Positions 60,398 to 64,000 of a stretch of 64,000 nucleotides of DNA are shown here, piece by piece; position 1 is the first letter of the stretch; the number at the start of each line of letters is the position of its first letter. Source of the stretch: Gekko japonicus (Eukaryota). The DNA is taken from contig NW_015170334.1 of NCBI RefSeq assembly GCF_001447785.1, forward strand, positions 217,356-281,355, given 5' to 3'. The translations under genes were made by a program, and so were the position numbers. The notes under the pieces are model-generated. The model searched no databases. It worked only from the letters and a program-made list of their open reading frames with translations, and was not told the DNA's origin.

Positions 60398-61328
60398 ATA
60401 AAGCCATAGTGGGGCCCAACGTTCCAATGCACACCAACAGAAGATGCTGGCTGGGTTGGCTGGCTGCTTTGTGTAGTCCCGCCCACGTCAGCCCTGGCCA
60501 GCGTGTTCGGCTCAGTCTGCTCTGGGCCTCTGACAGGAGAGGACCATCTGCAGACTGAGCGCAGGGACGGGGCTTCTACGGCTGGGCCGCTTCAGCCCAC
60601 GGTCATTTTGCATAAGGAAGCTGATTGGACTTCACTCCATTCCACACCCCAAACGCCCCCCCCCTGCAAGACAGTTGGAATTGTCAGTGGCATATGGGAC
60701 CTGGTGTATTCTGAGGTAAAATAAGTCCTCACTCACAACACATCACTTCCCCTTCAAAAGAAACAAACCCAATAACACAATCATGGCACACTACAAAAAA
60801 GACAGATCATACCATAAACAGAATACCACAAGGCAAAAAATGATAGGAAAAGCTGCCAGCAGTCACCCCATTACTGACACAGATATGTACCTGAGAGCGC
60901 TGCCTGGGGGATTATGGACCATTCACACACTTTCAACCTTAACATACCTCATAGGTTAGTTGTGCGGATCATACGGGGGAGAGGAGAATGATGTCAGCTG
61001 CTTTGGTTCCCACTGCAGGGAAAGACTGCCCTTTCCCTAGGCAGAGGCTGTGGGGGGGGGGTGTAAACCTGAAGACAGACAGACAGATAAAGGTAGGCTG
61101 ATGGTTGCCTGGAAAGGACATAGGGCTGCCAACTCCAGGTTGGAAACTTCCAGGATATCTTAGGGATGAAGCCTGCTAAGGGTGGGGTCTGAGGAGGAGG
61201 AAGAGGGGGACCTCAGACAGATACAATGCCATAGACCCCACCCTCCAAACAAGCTCTTGCCAATCTCCAGGTGACAGCTGGAGAGCTCTTAAAGCTCTGG
61301 TGCTAATTCAAAGTGGTGGGGATGTGTT

Positions 61329-61532
61329 CAAGGCTCCCTCTAAGCTGTGGAGTCCTGTAAAAAAATTCTACTTGGTGAGCTCCTGGCATTAAAGTTGTGT
61401 GTGTGCGATTTGGCTTCTGCATGAATTAGTTTGCTCTGGAGCCATCCTTCCTGAGCTAAGACAAAAATCTGTGAGCCGGAGGCTAAAAAACTATGAGCTA
61501 GCTCACACTAATTCAGCTTAGAGGGAACACTG
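61329..61532. mobile_element. Small hAT MITE
   Basis: TIR-like ends with an exact 8-bp TSD GATGTGTT. Confidence 0.88.
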
Positions 61533-61678
61533 GATGTGTTGCATTCTGGCAGGGGATGCTGTGAGTGTAGAAAACAATATATCGACAGAGTAGTGTTTTG
61601 GAAAATCTTTAGGAATTGTTTGGTGCATTTACCATGGGGCGCCCACCCAGAGCCTCTGGCATTTTCTCACTCTACTGG

Positions 61679-62180
61679 NNNNNNNNNNNNNNNNNNNNNN
61701 NNNNNNNNNNNNNNNNNNNNNNNNNNNNNNNNNNNNNNNNNNNNNNNNNNNNNNNNNNNNNNNNNNNNNNNNNNNNNNNNNNNNNNNNNNNNNNNNNNNN
61801 NNNNNNNNNNNNNNNNNNNNNNNNNNNNNNNNNNNNNNNNNNNNNNNNNNNNNNNNNNNNNNNNNNNNNNNNNNNNNNNNNNNNNNNNNNNNNNNNNNNN
61901 NNNNNNNNNNNNNNNNNNNNNNNNNNNNNNNNNNNNNNNNNNNNNNNNNNNNNNNNNNNNNNNNNNNNNNNNNNNNNNNNNNNNNNNNNNNNNNNNNNNN
62001 NNNNNNNNNNNNNNNNNNNNNNNNNNNNNNNNNNNNNNNNNNNNNNNNNNNNNNNNNNNNNNNNNNNNNNNNNNNNNNNNNNNNNNNNNNNNNNNNNNNN
62101 NNNNNNNNNNNNNNNNNNNNNNNNNNNNNNNNNNNNNNNNNNNNNNNNNNNNNNNNNNNNNNNNNNNNNNNNNNNNNNNN
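61679..62180. other. Assembly gap
   Basis: Run of N. Confidence 1.
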
Positions 62181-62371
62181 AAGGCGGGCGACAGAAGGCC
62201 GATGCCTCCGTCGCCCTGCCCTCTACAGAATCCACCCCCCAAACCTCCAGGTATTTCCCTCCTTAGAGCTGGCAATCCTACTTTCCCCTCAGTGCCTGTT
62301 GGTAGGCAACTAAGCTTGGTCCTGTCACCTACTTTGGCCTTTGGGAGAAAACACATTGGGGCCAGTCCTGA

Positions 62372-62905
62372 TAGGGTTGCCAACTCCAGATGGGAAATTC
62401 CTGGAGATTTGAGGGATGGAGCCTGAAGAGGGTGAGGTTTGAGGAGGGGTGGGACCTCAGACAGGTACAATGCCATAGACTCCACCCTCCAAACCAGTCA
62501 GTCCCTCATGGGGAACCATTGTTGCCAATCTCCAGGTGAGGGCTGGAGACCACTCAGAATTACAACTGCTCTGCAGAAGGGAGGGTAGAAGTCAGCTGAA
62601 GTCAAAGGGTAGGTTGAAGGTCAGCTAGGAAGGAGATGGGGTTGCCAACTCCAGGCTGGCAAATTCCTGGGGATTTGAGGGGTGGAGCCTGGAGAGGGTG
62701 GGGTTTGCAGAGGGGTGGGACCTTGAGACAGGTAGAATGCCATAGACTCCACCCTCCAAACCAGCCATTTCGTCCTGGGTAACAATTGTTGCCAATCTCC
62801 AGGTGAGGGCTAGAGATCACTCAGAATTACAATTGCTCTTCAGGTAGCAAAAATCAGTTCCTCTGGAGAAAACAGTGGACTCTGTCATTATACCCTGCTG
62901 AGGTC
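62372..62905 (+). repeat. Tandem copies of the GGGTTGCCAA repeat family
   Basis: 62372-62570 is similar to 62638-62840. Confidence 0.8.
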
Positions 62906-63005
62906 ACCACAGCAAATTGACACTGTTTGCCCAAAGCCAGAGCACTTTCCCAGAGCCTCTTTCTAGATTCCGTTGTATTTATTTCCACAACGGGCCTTAT
63001 TCTTA

Positions 63006-63008
<3 letters not shown>

Positions 63009-63049
<41 letters not shown>
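63009..63049. repeat. (TG)n microsatellite
   Basis: Seen directly. Confidence 0.98.
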
Positions 63050-63051
<2 letters not shown>

Positions 63052-63385
63052 GCTGCAGCCCTGTAAAGTGCCTCTTTTAGTGCAAGTTCAAGTTCATTTT
63101 ATGACAGTTCACGACCAAATTCACAACACAATATAAATCAACATCAACCATAGAGATATGTAAAAATATACGTAGAGATAGTTAAATAAAATATAAGATG
63201 TGCTAATTATGCTAGTGTCAAAAATGGTTGGTGTCATATTTAAGGCACAATAATAGAAGCTCACGTATGCCACAGAGTAGATATGAACAAACCAAGGAGG
63301 ATGCTAGCCTGGCTGAACACAGAGTTTTAAGAAATGAAAATGGGGTTTTTCAAACTGCAGCTGCCTTTCGCATTTTCACATGTGT

Positions 63386-63457
63386 TAGAATCATAGAGTT
63401 GGAAGGGATCTCCAGCTTCATCTAGTCCAACCCCCTCCACAATGCAGGAAATTCACA
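63386..63457 (-). mobile_element. CR1 3' terminus
   Basis: AGAATCATAGAGTTGGAAGGGATCTCCAG..ATCTAGTCCAACCCC. Confidence 0.8.
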
Positions 63458-63559
63458 AGGGGGAAGAAAGAGGAAACCAGGCCAGACAGAGAGAGAGAGA
63501 GAGAGATGTGCACTTACAAGGCAGAGCAAAGAGGAAGCTGCCCCAGCGCAGGCACCTTC

Positions 63560-64000
63560 GATCGGTGAAATGCCGAATTCAGCTGAGCCGGGGCTGCCGG
63601 TTGTTGGGGCTGTTGCCCGGGGGGTGGGGCCACTGGTTGCTCTTCCCTTGCCTCCTGGACTGCTTGGGCCACCAGCTGCGGAATCGCCTGAATGACTTTG
63701 TCCAAGGTCTGCTGCAGGTTACCGATGGCCCGATCCGTAGCCTCTAACCGATATGCCAGGTCCACTTCTGGAGAGGCCCATCCACTACGGGTCTTCGATC
63801 GATCGGTCACCCAGGCACTCGGGATCGGTGCGAATTGCCCCCCCCCCAGAGGGGGTAATCCCCCCCAAGGCATCCATGCCCCTATCATACATACTGTCCC
63901 GGCTGGGAGCCCCCGTCAACGAGTAAGTCTCTGTGGTTGAATCTGGGTTAAAGTGGCTCCAGCTGGATGAAGCTCTCGGCCCCTGTCCCGTCCGACCCTT
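63560..64000 (-). mobile_element. Possible LTR-retrotransposon Gag N-terminal fragment
   Basis: CpG-rich; coiled-coil-like RLEATDRAIGNLQQTLDKVIQAI followed by a P/Q-rich linker; truncated by the window edge. Confidence 0.4.

Noticed and set aside
60398-60740. Possible solo LTR 3' half ending ..ACAACA
   Set aside because: The 5' end is lost in the gap; no TSD or second LTR to confirm.

Overview
Vertebrate nuclear DNA, most likely a squamate and probably a gecko. The basis is its repeat content: Sauria SINE, 5S-derived SINEs, Squam3-like tRNA SINEs, Bov-B/RTE, CR1, L2, L1, Penelope, Helitron, and hAT and PIF/Harbinger MITEs. It has four assembly gaps. I find no supportable host protein-coding exon, so it reads as a large intron or intergenic region dominated by nested transposable elements, with a few AT-rich unique stretches that could be conserved non-coding elements. 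The strongest signal is missing from the ORF track. Hand translation across stops and frameshifts gives a colinear series of motifs of an AcademX-type DNA transposon (Academ transposase fused to an XPG/FEN-like nuclease) on the minus strand at about 11.5-17.3 kb, split by younger insertions. Three weaker XPG or Cys-rich remnants lie on the same strand (about 0.3-1.0, 25.6-26.3 and 29.7-30.0 kb) and one Cys-rich remnant on the opposite strand (8.7 kb). Other notable items: a minimal hammerhead ribozyme in a Penelope-type foldback element, a complete non-autonomous Helitron, a patchwork templated insertion inside Bov-B, a perfect 43-bp inverted repeat, and a Ngaro-like element carrying a CTCF-like motif. 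All family assignments come from remembered motifs; no database search was run.
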